From positions 32,001 to 96,000 of the forward strand of contig CAVRVY010000001.1 of assembly GCA_963724765.1 (NCBI GenBank): 64,000 nt of DNA, in the 5' to 3' direction. The notes beneath the pieces were generated by a model. That model was not told the origin of the DNA, made no database searches, and was given only the letters and a program-made list of their open reading frames with translations. This document shows positions 11,731-22,644 of this stretch, piece by piece (the stretch's first letter is position 1; each line of letters opens with the position of its first letter). A program made the position numbers and the translations under genes. The DNA is from an uncultured delta proteobacterium. Lineage in GTDB: Bacteria > Desulfobacterota > Binatia > Binatales > Binataceae.

Positions 11731-12141
11731 ATGCTCAAGCTCGCCGAAGCAAATCGGGCCGTCGAGGCGGCTCTCACGAAAGCTGATGAACTAGGTATTC
11801 ATATCAGCGTCAGCATCTGCGACGCCTACGGGCGCCTCGTTGCTCACCAGCGGATGGACGATGTTTTCGCGGAAGCTAGTCGTGCGTCTATCGGCAAGGC
11901 CATCGCCGCAGCAGAGTTAGGTCGTCCAAGTGGCGAGGAGTCGGAGAGAAATGTGGAGGAATCTCTGGTGGTCGTAGTGCTCGCAGAAGGGGCTCCTGTC
12001 ATTCGGACGCGTGGCGGTTTGCCGATAATTCGCGGAGACGAAGTGGAAGGCGGAGTCGGAGTGTGCGGCGGGCATACGCATGAACAGGACGAGGAATGCG
12101 CACGCGCCGGAATCCAAGCCTTGAAAAAGCAGAGACGTTGA
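11731..12141 (+). CDS. GlcG/HbpS family heme-binding protein
   Basis: SVSICDAYGRLVAHQRMD, SIGKA, GGLPI...GGVGVCGG..EQDEECA. Confidence 0.85.
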   Translation: MLKLAEANRAVEAALTKADELGIHISVSICDAYGRLVAHQRMDDVFAEASRASIGKAIAAAELGRPSGEESERNVEESLVVVVLAEGAPVIRTRGGLPIIRGDEVEGGVGVCGGHTHEQDEECARAGIQALKKQRR

Positions 12142-12230
12142 AATTTACCGCACTTGCGAGATGCTCCACCGGAGAGGCATGCATATATGGATCGTGGTCC
12201 AAGGTAGAGTTGAATAAAGGAGCCACGCAC

Positions 12231-12944
12231 ATGACGAAAACGCCGCAAGAGAGAAAAATTGTCGTGAGCAAAGATGGTCCATACCTGGTATCCGGAGATG
12301 TACCTATCGCGCTTCAGATCATCACTCCCGACAGCGATGGAATGTCCTGGGAATGGAAGGAGGGCAACACACTTGGCGAGAAATCGAGCTATGCGCTTTG
12401 CCGTTGCGGCCACTCCAAGAGAAAACCATTCTGTGACGGTTCTCATACCGAAATCGGGTTCGATGGCCACGAGACCGCGAGTCGTGTGCCGTACGCCCGG
12501 CAGGCGGAAACCTTCGAAGGGCCCACTTTGGTCCTGAGCGACGCTGAAAACCTATGCGCGTTTGCCCGGTTCTGCGATCCGGGTGGAAAGATTTGGTCGC
12601 TCATTAAAGAAACTGAAGAGCCCGAGGTTCGTGAACTGGTGATCCGCGAGGCGATGCATTGCCCGGCCGGCCGCTTGGTCCTGCACGATGAGAAAACGCA
12701 TAAGGAAATCGAAGACCCTCTGCCTGCTTCGATCGGAGTGGTGGAAGATCCTGCACTGGGATGCAGTGGCCCGCTCTGGGTCCGCGGGGGGATCACCATT
12801 GAGTCGCAAGACGGCAAGCGCTACGAAAAACGGAACCGCGTGACGCTCTGTCGTTGCGGGGCGTCCCAGAACAAACCGTTTTGCAACGGAGCGCATGCAA
12901 GCATTCAATTCAATGACGGTCTTCTCGTCACGCCATCGCCTTAA
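12231..12944 (+). CDS. CDGSH iron-sulfur domain protein (two CDGSH domains plus a central Cys-rich domain)
   Basis: LCRCGHSKRKPFCDGSH and LCRCGASQNKPFCNGAH; central CAFARFCD...CPAGRL. Confidence 0.92.
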   Translation: MTKTPQERKIVVSKDGPYLVSGDVPIALQIITPDSDGMSWEWKEGNTLGEKSSYALCRCGHSKRKPFCDGSHTEIGFDGHETASRVPYARQAETFEGPTLVLSDAENLCAFARFCDPGGKIWSLIKETEEPEVRELVIREAMHCPAGRLVLHDEKTHKEIEDPLPASIGVVEDPALGCSGPLWVRGGITIESQDGKRYEKRNRVTLCRCGASQNKPFCNGAHASIQFNDGLLVTPSP

Positions 12945-13182
12945 CATGGTCTGCAGAGTGGCGCCGCGATATAGGCTCCGACTTCTCCTCGACTGGCGCA
13001 CCTTCCTATGAAGGAGCGAACCGTAAGATCTATACTGATCGAGGAATCGCCACCTCGATCTTCTCTACCAGGGACCGGATCGAACACGGCAAGTTTGCCA
13101 AATTGCGCTTGAGTCAATTTACGGCGCGTTGCTCTCTTTCGGCTAACAAACAGGTGCGCACCAACGGCAGCTCCGACTCTCA

Positions 13183-14829
13183 ATGGTAGACGGGTTTACG
13201 GACGAATCGAGAAAAAAAGGTCCAGCGACGAAATCTGCGAGCGAGCGCCGTCTTTCTGCGTGGGGACCATTTCGGCACAATTCGTTCACAGTCATATGGA
13301 CAGCAACCGTCGTCTCGAACATTGGCGGCTGGATGTACAGTGCTGCCTCCGGCTGGCTGATGACGAGCCTCAATCCTTCGCCGCTCATTGTTTCGATGGT
13401 TCAGGTCGCAACTACTTTGCCGATGTTTCTGTTCGCGCTTCCGGCCGGAGCGCTCGCAGATATTGCGGACCGGCGTAAACTTCTCATCTTCGGCGAGGTG
13501 GCTACCACCGCCTTTTCAGCTGCGCTTGCCGCGCTCGTTTTTTTGCACCAGGTGAATCCGCTCAACCTGTTGCTCCTAACATTCGTGATCGAGGCAGGAT
13601 CGGCAGTCACTGCGCCGGCCTGGCAAGCGGTTGTTCCGCAACTGGTGCCCAAGTCGGAATTGGCGCCCGCCATATCTGCCAACAGCGCCGGCATCAATGT
13701 CAGCCGCGCGGTCGGTCCGGCGCTTTGCGGCGTCATCATTGCCGCGTATGGAATTGCCGCTCCGTTTTGGATCAACGCGGTCAGCACACTGGCGGTCGTT
13801 GGAGCGCTGGTATGGTGGCGGCAACCGAGAACGGCAGGACAGCGTCTGCCGCCAGAGCAGTTCCGCAATGCCATTCGCACGGGTCTGCGCTATGCAAGGT
13901 ACAACGGTCCGCTGAGTGCAACGCTTGTGCGCGCAACAGCGTTCTTCCTCTTTGCTAGCGCTTATTGGGCGTTGTTGCCCCTGGTCGCGCGCAGCCAGAT
14001 CGCAGGTGGCCCGGAAATCTACGGCATCTTGCTTGGAGCGATCGGCGCCGCCGCGGTGGTCGGTGCTTTCGCTCTGCCTCGATTGAGCGCGGCGCTTGAT
14101 CCGGACCGGTTGGTAGCCGTGGGAACGATTGGCACCGCGATCGCTATGGCGCTATTCGGATTGGCTCACGATGTATTTATCGGGGTACTCGCGAGCCTGA
14201 TCGCCGGTGTTTCCTGGATTGCTGTTCTCTCAAGTCTCAATATTTCAGCTCAAGTCGCGTTGCCCGACTGGGTGCGGGGCCGTGGGCTCGCGATGTTCGT
14301 GACGGTCCTTTACGGTGCATTGACCATCGGCAGCGCGGTTTGGGGCCAGGTCGCGAGTGTCGCTAGCCTGCCCATCGCGCACTTCATCGCCGCCGGGGGC
14401 GCGTTGACTGCGATTCCGCTCACATGGCGATGGAAACTTCAGACCGGCGCTGACCTCGACCTAACGCCCTCGATGGAGTGGCCTACACCGATCACGACGC
14501 ATGAAATCGAGCGCGATCGTGGGCCGGTGCTTGTGACGACGGAATATGACATCGATCCAAAGCAGCGTGAACCATTCCTTAAGGCACTCGACAAATTGGC
14601 ACGCGAGCGCCGGCGCGACGGCGCCTACGACTGGGGGGTGTTTGAGGATCCGGCAGTCGAAGGCCGATTCGTCGAGACGTTTCTGACGGATTCATGGCTG
14701 GAACATCTACGTCAGCATGAGCGTGTAACCAAAGCCGACAGGGTGCTGCAGAAAGCAGTCGACCGCTTTCAAAGGAAAGGCAGACCGAAGGTCACCCATT
14801 TGATCGCTGCCGATAATGTGAGGTCATGA
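13183..14829 (+). CDS. MFS transporter (MFS_3 / DUF894 type)
   Basis: About 12 hydrophobic segments, ALPAGALADIADRR, soluble C-terminal RRRDGA..W...SWLEHLRQHERVT domain. Confidence 0.88.
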   Translation: MVDGFTDESRKKGPATKSASERRLSAWGPFRHNSFTVIWTATVVSNIGGWMYSAASGWLMTSLNPSPLIVSMVQVATTLPMFLFALPAGALADIADRRKLLIFGEVATTAFSAALAALVFLHQVNPLNLLLLTFVIEAGSAVTAPAWQAVVPQLVPKSELAPAISANSAGINVSRAVGPALCGVIIAAYGIAAPFWINAVSTLAVVGALVWWRQPRTAGQRLPPEQFRNAIRTGLRYARYNGPLSATLVRATAFFLFASAYWALLPLVARSQIAGGPEIYGILLGAIGAAAVVGAFALPRLSAALDPDRLVAVGTIGTAIAMALFGLAHDVFIGVLASLIAGVSWIAVLSSLNISAQVALPDWVRGRGLAMFVTVLYGALTIGSAVWGQVASVASLPIAHFIAAGGALTAIPLTWRWKLQTGADLDLTPSMEWPTPITTHEIERDRGPVLVTTEYDIDPKQREPFLKALDKLARERRRDGAYDWGVFEDPAVEGRFVETFLTDSWLEHLRQHERVTKADRVLQKAVDRFQRKGRPKVTHLIAADNVRS

Positions 14830-14835
14830 GGCCGG

Positions 14836-16299
14836 ATGCAGCTGACGCGTATGCCAATACGAGAGGATAACCAGAGCGTGCGCGCCTTGCGCGGTCTCGC
14901 GGGTGCTTTGTCGCGAGCAGCCGGGGCACCGCTGGTGGGGAATAATCACGTGCGCTTACTCAAAGACGCACGGCAGAATTATCCTGCTTGGCTCGGGGCC
15001 ATCAACACGGCGGAGCACCACGTGCATTTCGAAAACTACTTCATTTACGACGACGATACTGGACGAGAGTTCGCAGACGCTATGATCGCGAAGGCGCGCG
15101 GGGGCGTACCAGTCCGGCTGATCTATGACTGGATGGGCGGGCTCGGAAAAGCGTCACGGCGGTTTTGGAGCCGTTTGCGGGCCGGCGGAGTCGAGGTGCG
15201 TTGCTACAATCCGCCACGCTTTGACAGTCCACTGGGTTGGATATCTCGCGACCATCGCAAGATGCTCGCGGTGGACGGCCGCGTGGGTTTTATCACGGGC
15301 TTGTGCGTGGGCAGGATGTGGGTCGGCGATGCGAAACAGAATATTGAACCGTGGCGCGACACCGGTGTTGAACTGCGGGGATCTGCCGTCTCAGAAATCG
15401 AGCAGGCATTCGCACAAATCTGGGCCATGATGGGCGAACCGATTCCCGAGCTTGAAGTGGTTGGCGGAGATGCCGCGGTCTCGGCTGGCGATATGGACGT
15501 GAGGATTGTGGCGAGCTTGCCCGCCACCGCTGGCATGATTCGCGTGGACGAACTCGTTGCGGCACTCGCGCGAAGAAGGCTGTGGTTAACGGATGCCTAT
15601 TTCGCGGGGACTAGCTCCTACGTGCAAGCTTTGAGAGCTGCCGCAAAGGATTGTGTTGACGTTCGGCTTCTGGTTCCGAACGCGACCGACATCCCAATGC
15701 TACGACCCCTATCCAGAGCGGGCTATCGGCCGCTCCTGGAAGCGGGGGTCCGCGTCTTTGAGTGGAACGGCACGATGATTCACGCGAAGACGGCGGTTGC
15801 CGACGAGCATTGGGCGCGGGTCGGTTCGACCAACTTGAACATCGCGAGCTGGTTCAGCAACTGCGAGTTGGACGCGATCGTAGAAAACGATTCTTTCGCG
15901 CGCGAGATGGAAGAAATGTATCTCGGGGACTTGGAGAACAGTACTGAGATCGTTCTGGATAGAGGACGCAAAACTCGAGCTTACAAGGCAAATGCTCATC
16001 CCGTCCCGCACAGCGGGGGAAGCGCCGGAAGAGCAGTTGCGGGAGTGGTTCGAATCAGCAATACGGTTGGTGCGGCGATCAGTGATCGCCGAGTACTCGA
16101 ACCCGTCGAAGCTCGTATTCTGATCATAGCCGCAGTGCTTCTCTTGAGCGTCGGCGCCTTAGTTACGCTCTTTCCCCGATTGTTCACATACTCGGTTGCA
16201 GCGGTCAGCGCGTGGCTCGCCCTTGCACTTCTCTACCGAGGCTATCGATTACGCGGCGAAGGTAAGAAGAAAGCAAAAACATCTGACAGCGATCGCTAG
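14836..16299 (+). CDS. cls: Cardiolipin synthase-like phospholipase D
   Basis: Two HKD motifs ([19 protein letters not shown]), WRDT, GSTNLN. Confidence 0.85.
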   Translation: MQLTRMPIREDNQSVRALRGLAGALSRAAGAPLVGNNHVRLLKDARQNYPAWLGAINTAEHHVHFENYFIYDDDTGREFADAMIAKARGGVPVRLIYDWMGGLGKASRRFWSRLRAGGVEVRCYNPPRFDSPLGWISRDHRKMLAVDGRVGFITGLCVGRMWVGDAKQNIEPWRDTGVELRGSAVSEIEQAFAQIWAMMGEPIPELEVVGGDAAVSAGDMDVRIVASLPATAGMIRVDELVAALARRRLWLTDAYFAGTSSYVQALRAAAKDCVDVRLLVPNATDIPMLRPLSRAGYRPLLEAGVRVFEWNGTMIHAKTAVADEHWARVGSTNLNIASWFSNCELDAIVENDSFAREMEEMYLGDLENSTEIVLDRGRKTRAYKANAHPVPHSGGSAGRAVAGVVRISNTVGAAISDRRVLEPVEARILIIAAVLLLSVGALVTLFPRLFTYSVAAVSAWLALALLYRGYRLRGEGKKKAKTSDSDR

Positions 16300-16619
16300 A
16301 CAGGCACGAATTTTCGATTCCGCGAAATTCGTCAGCTTAACGGAGCCTGCCTGCACCAGAAAAATGAAACGTACTTCGAGCCCGAAAGCCTGAAAAGGTC
16401 TACACGGCGATATGGCTTCTAACTCACAAGGTTGCCCGGCAGTCCGGCTGAGGACCACAGCCTGCGCCACGGTACGACGCAGCTCTGAAGCAAATTGATG
16501 ATCCTGTCAGTAACTATTGAGTATATGTCCATTTCCGCAATCTCCGATGGCCATTGTGATGGTGAAGGGAGAACCGCTTTCACATTTCCCCCTGGGTGGG
16601 CCGGTTAGAACGGGATGTC

Positions 16620-16985
16620 GTCCGAAGCTTCGGCCTTGGACGCGTCGCCATTCGTGCGGTTGCCAAGCAGGAGGAGTTACCGCGCGACGATTTCAGCCCG
16701 GTAGCGCTTGCCGCTTCCGTGCTTGGCTTTGTACTGGCAGGTAGTAAGCCGTCCTTCGATGTAAACCTGACGGTCTTTGCTCAGGAACCGGTCGCACATA
16801 TCGGCCGGCCATCCGAACGCGACGATCCGATACCAATCGGTGCGCTGGTGCTTCGCGCCGTTGCGGTCCCTAAACCGCCCCGTAGTAGCCAACGAGAAAT
16901 TCGCCACGTTCTGCCCTGACGGCAAAAGACGAATGTCGGGGTTAGCTCCCAGATTGCCGATCACGGTCACCTTGTTAACTGACAC
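16620..16985 (-). pseudogene. ssb: Degenerate single-stranded DNA-binding protein
   Basis: VNKVTVIGNLG..PDIR, VANFSLAT, TDWYRIVAFG, VYIEGRL; in-frame TAA at 16677-16679 followed by LLLLGNR. Confidence 0.85.
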
Positions 16986-17124
16986 GACTACGAACCTCCT
17001 TGTTCGTTTGCGCCCGCTTACCGTCATAAGACAGGGTGTGCTGCGCTTTGCTTTCATCACCGCGCAACTTTTTGTCCGCGCGGTCCCACACCCCGAACTA
17101 GAGGGCCGTGCTCAGATTCTCTAG

Positions 17125-17475
17125 ATGCGCGAGCGGAGCGGGCGGCAGGACGTGCCAGAGCGCAGCAGCCCCTTAAGGGCAGGCACGGCGTGCCTGATCG
17201 AGGCGGCCGAAAAATCCGTTGGGGCCCATCACTCTGAGCCGTATCGGCTGCGGATCAAATACCTGTGTGAGGATCTGGATGTGCTAAGGCGCCGACTGAA
17301 GGACTTGGCGCGGGACGTCGAACGTAAACTGGATGATCACGAGGTGGGTAAACTGCTGATGACTATCGAAGGCCTGAGCCCTCTGACTACGGCTCGTCTG
17401 ATCGCGGAGCTCGGAGATCCAGCCCGCTTTGATAGCCCCGGCGCGATCGCGAGCTACGTCGGCGTGATTCGGCGC
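17125..17475 (+). pseudogene. IS110-family transposase fragment
   Basis: LLMTIEGLSPLTTARLIAELGDPARFDSPGAIASYVG is the Transposase_20-type core; both ends are missing. Confidence 0.8.
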
Positions 17476-17926
17476 ATCCGCCTCGATGCGAAAATTGCTG
17501 ACCGCAGTCTGGAGCGTGGCGACTCACCGCAGACCCTTCCGCCGATAATGCCGGCGCTCCCAGCTCCGAAAAACGCTTGACGGACTCCACGGTATCTAGC
17601 GCAGCGAACGCCACCAATGAGAGCGGCGGCGAAGCGGAGATCGCAGGCGGAGTGGAGATGCGGTGTGGGGCCGCGACGCGGAGTTTACGGAGCGCTCGCG
17701 GGGAGGCTCACAGCGGAGACGGCTGCTGTTTCGATTGTGGATGACGTTGTTCAAAAGGAGACAGCGATTTATCGCCACGTACCAAGTTTCGTGGTATCTT
17801 CGCTTAAGCTTGTAGGAGTGGCTTCAGGTTTTCCGAAGCGCCGAGTCAGCGTCTGTGGTCAGCGGAGCGGACTTCGAAAGCGGTTTGCTTTGAGGTTAAT
17901 GTGCTGGATGGGTGGCCGGGCAGGGA

Positions 17927-19858
17927 ATGCAAGACGAGTATCTGATCCATCTGAACTTCTTGCCCGTGAAGGGCGTCCTCCCGATGTGCAGGTTGCATCG
18001 ACGCGGCTATGCCTCTGCACAAGAACAACGTCCGTTCTCCACGGCAAGGTCTTACCGCCTTCCGGTCCGTCCCGGCGACGCCGAAGGGTGGGAGCAATTT
18101 TGGGTCTCGTTGGAGGGCAGAGAAAGCTTCGCTTCCTTCGAGTTCAATCCGTCGTGGAATTTAGGGTTAGTTCGACACGTGCTCTTCGCATCGCTAGTCG
18201 CGTCGGTTGAGCGATCGTTAGAACCAGAACAGTATCGGGTTCCAGAAAACGAGTTTATCCAGGAAGTTTCGTTGATCATGGAGAGGCATCCAGAGGGAAA
18301 TGAACTTCTGGTTATCCAACCGTACTCTCTTCGCGCATCGCGACAGACAGGGTTTCTTGTGGACTTCCACTTCGAGTTGGGCAAGGGGGTAGCGTTCGAC
18401 CGGCGGGTTCAGCAATTGAGTCTGAGCCTGAACAAGAACTTTCGGCGCAACGCAGACCATCACGTCGATCGAAGTGCGAAAATTAGACAGTTTCTCGATC
18501 TGCGTTGGAGTGTGTTCTCAGAGGTAAGACTGCCGGGTTGCTCGAATCCAATCGCAATTGAGAAGGAGTTTGTTGCTCTTCCATCGGAGAGGCTGCGCCC
18601 CAAGGTGTATGTCTTTTCTGGGGGGAGAGAATCAAGAAGCCAATTTGCAGGGCTTCGGGACTTTGGTCCTCTTGAGCCCCTTGGTGGTCCCACGAAGTTA
18701 CTGTTCGCGTTTAGAGAGCGTGACCGGCAGGCTGCCCGGCGGTTGGCTGTGTCACTCAGGGGGCTCCGGCAGCAGGGACATTTCAGTTTTCCTGGATTTA
18801 AGCGGCTGTTCAAAACTGATCTTGAAATCGACGCGCAGCCAATCGTCCTTCCTGACCTTACGGAGCAGACGATGCAAGCCGCACTAGAGCGCGCGATGAC
18901 TGAACGCCAAGAAGGAATGCAAGTGGTTCCGGTGATCGTGCTACCGGAAGGCGAAGATAACGGTTACTACGAGTTGAAGGCGCTCTTTTCACATTCGGGT
19001 GTGCCGACTCAGGTTTGTACACTCAAAATTCTCGAAGACGAAGAGTTGCTCAAGTGGTCGATCGCTAACTTGGCGCTACAGATTTTCTGCAAAGCGGGGG
19101 GTCGGCCGTGGAAGGTTCGCCCGACTCCGGAGAGGTCTTTGATCATAGGAATCAGTCAGTCACACAAGACGAAATTGGTCGATGATCGACGTCGAATTGA
19201 GAAGTACTTTGCGTTCTCGGTGCTGACTGATAGTAGCGGCTTGTTCCAGAAAATTCGCGTGCTAGGCGAAGGTATTGACGATTCGAGTTATATTTCAGAC
19301 CTTCGAGCGAATCTCAAACGTATATTGGAGGAGAGTGCAGACCTGTTCGGGCGGGTGGTAATACACACCTCGTTCAAACTAAAACATTCAGAGATGGACG
19401 CGATTCAACGAACAACTCGGGAGGTAGCAGGTGCGTCTCGAGCGGGATGCAAATTCGCAGTTATCAAAGTAAATCAGAGAAACCGCTTCTTCGGTGTCAA
19501 TCGGTCGGTCAATAGCCTCGTTCCTTTTGAGGGGACAAAGATCAGGTTGGGCCGCAATGAGTATTTGGTTTGGTTTGAAGGCCTTTTGCCTGAGCAGCCG
19601 AGCGTAACGCGAGCATTCCCAGGCCCGACTCATTTGCAGTTCCTGCGGATCAGAGAGGAGGGTACGGGAATCGCCGAAGAGAGAGAACTGCTTCAAGATA
19701 TAGTTAATCTGTCAGGCGCAAACTGGCGAGGTTTCAATGCGAAAAGCGCGCCTGTTTCGGTCTTCTACTGCCATCTCGTTGCGGACTTGGTTCAGGATTT
19801 TCATGACAGAGGGTTACCACTTCCGGCGGTGGAGGATATTCGTCCGTGGTTCCTGTGA
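17927..19858 (+). CDS. Prokaryotic Argonaute, long-B-like, catalytically inactive PIWI
   Basis: L2 motif YVFSGG..QFAGLRDFGP; MID YYELK..PTQVC..NLALQIFCKAGGRPW; PIWI IIGIS and VIHTSFKL in place of the catalytic GID and HRDG; LSGANWRGF..PVSVFY; C-terminal PWFL. Confidence 0.9.
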   Translation: MQDEYLIHLNFLPVKGVLPMCRLHRRGYASAQEQRPFSTARSYRLPVRPGDAEGWEQFWVSLEGRESFASFEFNPSWNLGLVRHVLFASLVASVERSLEPEQYRVPENEFIQEVSLIMERHPEGNELLVIQPYSLRASRQTGFLVDFHFELGKGVAFDRRVQQLSLSLNKNFRRNADHHVDRSAKIRQFLDLRWSVFSEVRLPGCSNPIAIEKEFVALPSERLRPKVYVFSGGRESRSQFAGLRDFGPLEPLGGPTKLLFAFRERDRQAARRLAVSLRGLRQQGHFSFPGFKRLFKTDLEIDAQPIVLPDLTEQTMQAALERAMTERQEGMQVVPVIVLPEGEDNGYYELKALFSHSGVPTQVCTLKILEDEELLKWSIANLALQIFCKAGGRPWKVRPTPERSLIIGISQSHKTKLVDDRRRIEKYFAFSVLTDSSGLFQKIRVLGEGIDDSSYISDLRANLKRILEESADLFGRVVIHTSFKLKHSEMDAIQRTTREVAGASRAGCKFAVIKVNQRNRFFGVNRSVNSLVPFEGTKIRLGRNEYLVWFEGLLPEQPSVTRAFPGPTHLQFLRIREEGTGIAEERELLQDIVNLSGANWRGFNAKSAPVSVFYCHLVADLVQDFHDRGLPLPAVEDIRPWFL

Positions 19859-19865
19859 GCGGTGA

Positions 19866-20963
19866 ATGACAAGCAGGTCCAAGGATATCATTATTCTGTT
19901 AGGTGCTGGCGCGAGCGCCGAAGCTGGGATACCTGTCTCGAGTCGAATGATTGGTAGCGTGGAGGAAAACCTTCGGAGTAGAGACGACTGGAGCGAATTT
20001 GGGCAGCTCTATAATCACGTCAAGAGCGCGATACACTTTTCCGCGGGCCTGAAGGGCCGCTTCGGTGATGATGTCCCTTTCAACATCGAAACTCTAGTGA
20101 ATACTCTTTATGAGCTTGAGAGAAACGAGGAACATCCACTCTATCCGTTCATTGCTGCGTGGAATTCTAGGTTTGTAGCGCTTGCCGGGCCGAACTTTGA
20201 GTCAGTGCGCCGGTTTAGGAAGTTGATCCTGGGGGCGCTGAAGAAATGGATGTGCATAGAGAACGCTGCAAAGTCGAATTACTACAAGGGCTTGAGCACG
20301 CTACAGCAGGATTTAAACTACCCTCTTCATGCCTTCTCGTTGAACTATGACCTGTGCGTAGAGCGTTTGAATCAGCCGGCGTTCCGTGTCGAGACGGGGT
20401 TTGCGGACTATGGGCCGGATAACCCTTGGGACTTCGAACGGTTCGAAGATCTCGAGTTGACGAACAATCCGTCCCCGCAGATTCTTCTCTACAAGTTACA
20501 TGGCTCCATAAACTGGAAACGAGACCCCGCAACGAAGAATCTGTTTGCAGTTGATCAAATCGAAAGCGTCGATGAGGAAGAGATGGAGGTCATCTTCGGT
20601 CGCGATTTTAAGCTGGAAGCCGCTGACCCTTATTTGTTCTTCGCTTATGAATTCCGCCGATTTACGCTGTTGACGCGGCTGATCGTTGCGATCGGGTACG
20701 GTTTCGGGGACTTGCATATTAATAAGATGTTGACGCAGAGTCTACGAAGTGACGCCGACCGACGACTTGTAGTCGTTCAGAATTGTAGCCATGAAAGTTT
20801 GGCGGAAAGAGAGATCGAAATAGCGAGGCGTTTGGAGTTGAGCGGCGATCGCAGAGAACAAGTGATAATCGAGAGTGGCTCAGCTAGAGAGTTCTTGGAA
20901 AGTCCAGATTTGGCAAAGAAGTTAATTGGGTTGATCCCAGCGACTAGAGACGCCGGATTTTAA
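19866..20963 (+). CDS. SIR2-like (SIR2_2) NADase effector, stand-alone
   Basis: ILLGAGASAEAGIP, SLNYD, LYKLHGSINW, IGYGFGDLHIN; starts 7 bp after the pAgo stop. Confidence 0.9.
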   Translation: MTSRSKDIIILLGAGASAEAGIPVSSRMIGSVEENLRSRDDWSEFGQLYNHVKSAIHFSAGLKGRFGDDVPFNIETLVNTLYELERNEEHPLYPFIAAWNSRFVALAGPNFESVRRFRKLILGALKKWMCIENAAKSNYYKGLSTLQQDLNYPLHAFSLNYDLCVERLNQPAFRVETGFADYGPDNPWDFERFEDLELTNNPSPQILLYKLHGSINWKRDPATKNLFAVDQIESVDEEEMEVIFGRDFKLEAADPYLFFAYEFRRFTLLTRLIVAIGYGFGDLHINKMLTQSLRSDADRRLVVVQNCSHESLAEREIEIARRLELSGDRREQVIIESGSAREFLESPDLAKKLIGLIPATRDAGF

Positions 20964-20999
20964 GGAAAGCGATGCAAAGGGGCGAGTGCCTGGCGGTCC

Positions 21000-21490
21000 T
21001 TATCGTAGAACACAGGTGGATAGAGCGTGCGTCGTAACAAGACCGGCGAAATAGTCTGCCAGTTGAGCAACTAGGGGATGAGACTTAACGAGTACGCCGA
21101 TTTCGATGTTTCTGAGCCAGGCCGCCTGAGTAAAATTCGCAGAAGTGATCATCGCTTTCGTGCGGTCGGCGACAACGCACTTTGCATGCAGGCTTGAACG
21201 TTTCAGCGGATCGTTTGATAGCGAGCGCGGGTCATAGTAAACGTCCGGAAGATTCGCAAACGGCCAGTGTGTTTCTCGAAACTCTTGAGCGAAGCGGCGC
21301 ACGATTTCAGAATCGAGCGAAGTATCGCCTAGCTTCCTACCTATCTCGATGCAAAATTCGACGTGTAGGTTGTCATTCGCCATTCTCGAAGCAAGGAGCT
21401 CGAATATCGGTTTGGCGTTATGGACCGCGTAGCCGATCATTAGCACCTCTCGTCTAGCTTCTGAGATCAAGGTTCGAAGCGTAGTGAGTG
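21000..21490 (-). pseudogene. drmC: DISARM DrmC-like PLD nuclease, 5' part removed by IS3
   Basis: GYAVH, GDTS..EIVRRFAQEF..HWP..LPDVYYDPRSL, SLHAKCVVAD..ITSANFT..RNIEIG; homology stops at the IS inverted repeat. Confidence 0.8.
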
Positions 21491-21511
21491 TGGTCTGCCC
21501 CCCAATGCCCG

Positions 21512-22380
21512 TCAGATCATAGGTAGAGTCTTTGGTTGTTTTTCCCCCTCCTGGGGCGGAATCAGTTTCTCCGTTTTTAGCTGTGCGAACTCGACTGGCG
21601 TCAGAGCGCCAAGGCTCGAATGCGGCCGACGATGGTTGTAATCGTCGCGCCACGCTTCGATGGTTGTGCGCGCCTCGGCCAGACTCAGGAATACATGCTC
21701 GTTGAGACATTCGTCGCGCAAGCGGCTATTGAACGATTCCACGAAGGCGTTCTGCACCGGCTTACCGGGCGCGATGTAGTGCCAGTCCAGCCGCCCGATC
21801 GACCAGCGTAGTACCGCCGTACTGGTCAGCTCGCAGCCGTTATCGCTGACGATTACTGCGGGAAGCCCACGCTCCAACACTAAGCGCTCCAGTTCGCGCA
21901 CGACGCGCACGCCGCCGATCGAAGTATCGACCACCGTGGCCAGGCATTCGCGACTGAAGTCGTCCACTACGCAGAAGATGCGGAAGCGGCGGCCATCGCT
22001 GAACGCATCTGACACGAAGTCGAGTGACCAACGCCGATTGATCGCATCGGGCAATCCCAGCGGTGCGCGGGTGCCGAGGGCGCGTTTGCGCCGACCGCGC
22101 CGGCGCACCATCAGCTTTTCCTCGCGGTAGATCCGGTAGAGCTTCTTGCGATTCATCACATGGCCTTCCCTGGCCAGTAGCCAACCCAAGCGGCGATAGC
22201 CAAACCGTCGCCGCTCCGCGGCCAGCTCACGCAGTCGCCGGCGCACCGTCGAATCGTCCGGCCGCCTCGACTGATAGTTAGGCTCGAACGGTTGAGCCCC
22301 ACCAGCCTGCATGCGCGCCCTGGCTCATGCGGTACTGCTCGATGAGTCGGGTGACGGCTCGCGTCGCGCCGCAGGCTCTA
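21512..22380 (-). CDS. IS3 transposase OrfB (DDE), with extra indels near 22290-22330
   Basis: [43 protein letters not shown]. Confidence 0.9.
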
Positions 22381-22644
22381 ACCGTTTTTTCCGAGCAGAT
22401 CCTTGAGCGCCGCGTTGTCCAGCATCGCCTCGGCCAACAGCTTCTTCAGTCGCCGATTCTCATCCTCCAGCGACTTCAGCCGGCGCGCCTCGGAGACCTC
22501 GAGCCCGCCGTACTTTGCTTTCCATTTGTAGAAGGTCGCGTCCGAGATCCCGTGCCGGCGACATACCTCCGGCGTCTTTGCCCCCGCCTCCGCCTCCCGC
22601 AAGATCCCGATTATCTGTTCCTCGCTGAACCGGCTGCCCTTCAT
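22378..22644 (-). CDS. IS3 transposase OrfA (HTH)
   Basis: RFSEEQIIGIL..VCRRHGISDATFYKWKAKYGGLEVSEARRLK. Confidence 0.95.
   Translation of the reverse strand: MKGSRFSEEQIIGILREAEAGAKTPEVCRRHGISDATFYKWKAKYGGLEVSEARRLKSLEDENRRLKKLLAEAMLDNAALKDLLGKNG

Noticed and set aside
17617-18210. 197-aa ORF upstream of and overlapping pAgo as a third system component
   Set aside because: It overlaps pAgo out of frame by ~280 bp, is Arg-rich and has no motif; probably a shadow ORF.
17927-20963. Calling the pAgo-Sir2 pair a canonical SPARSA
   Set aside because: The pAgo has a ~230-aa N-terminal region, and the Sir2 is too short to carry APAZ and lies downstream of the pAgo.
21000-21710. 236-aa ORF as an intact PLD gene partnering pAgo-Sir2
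   Set aside because: Its first ~73 codons are IS3 sequence, and it is on the opposite strand.
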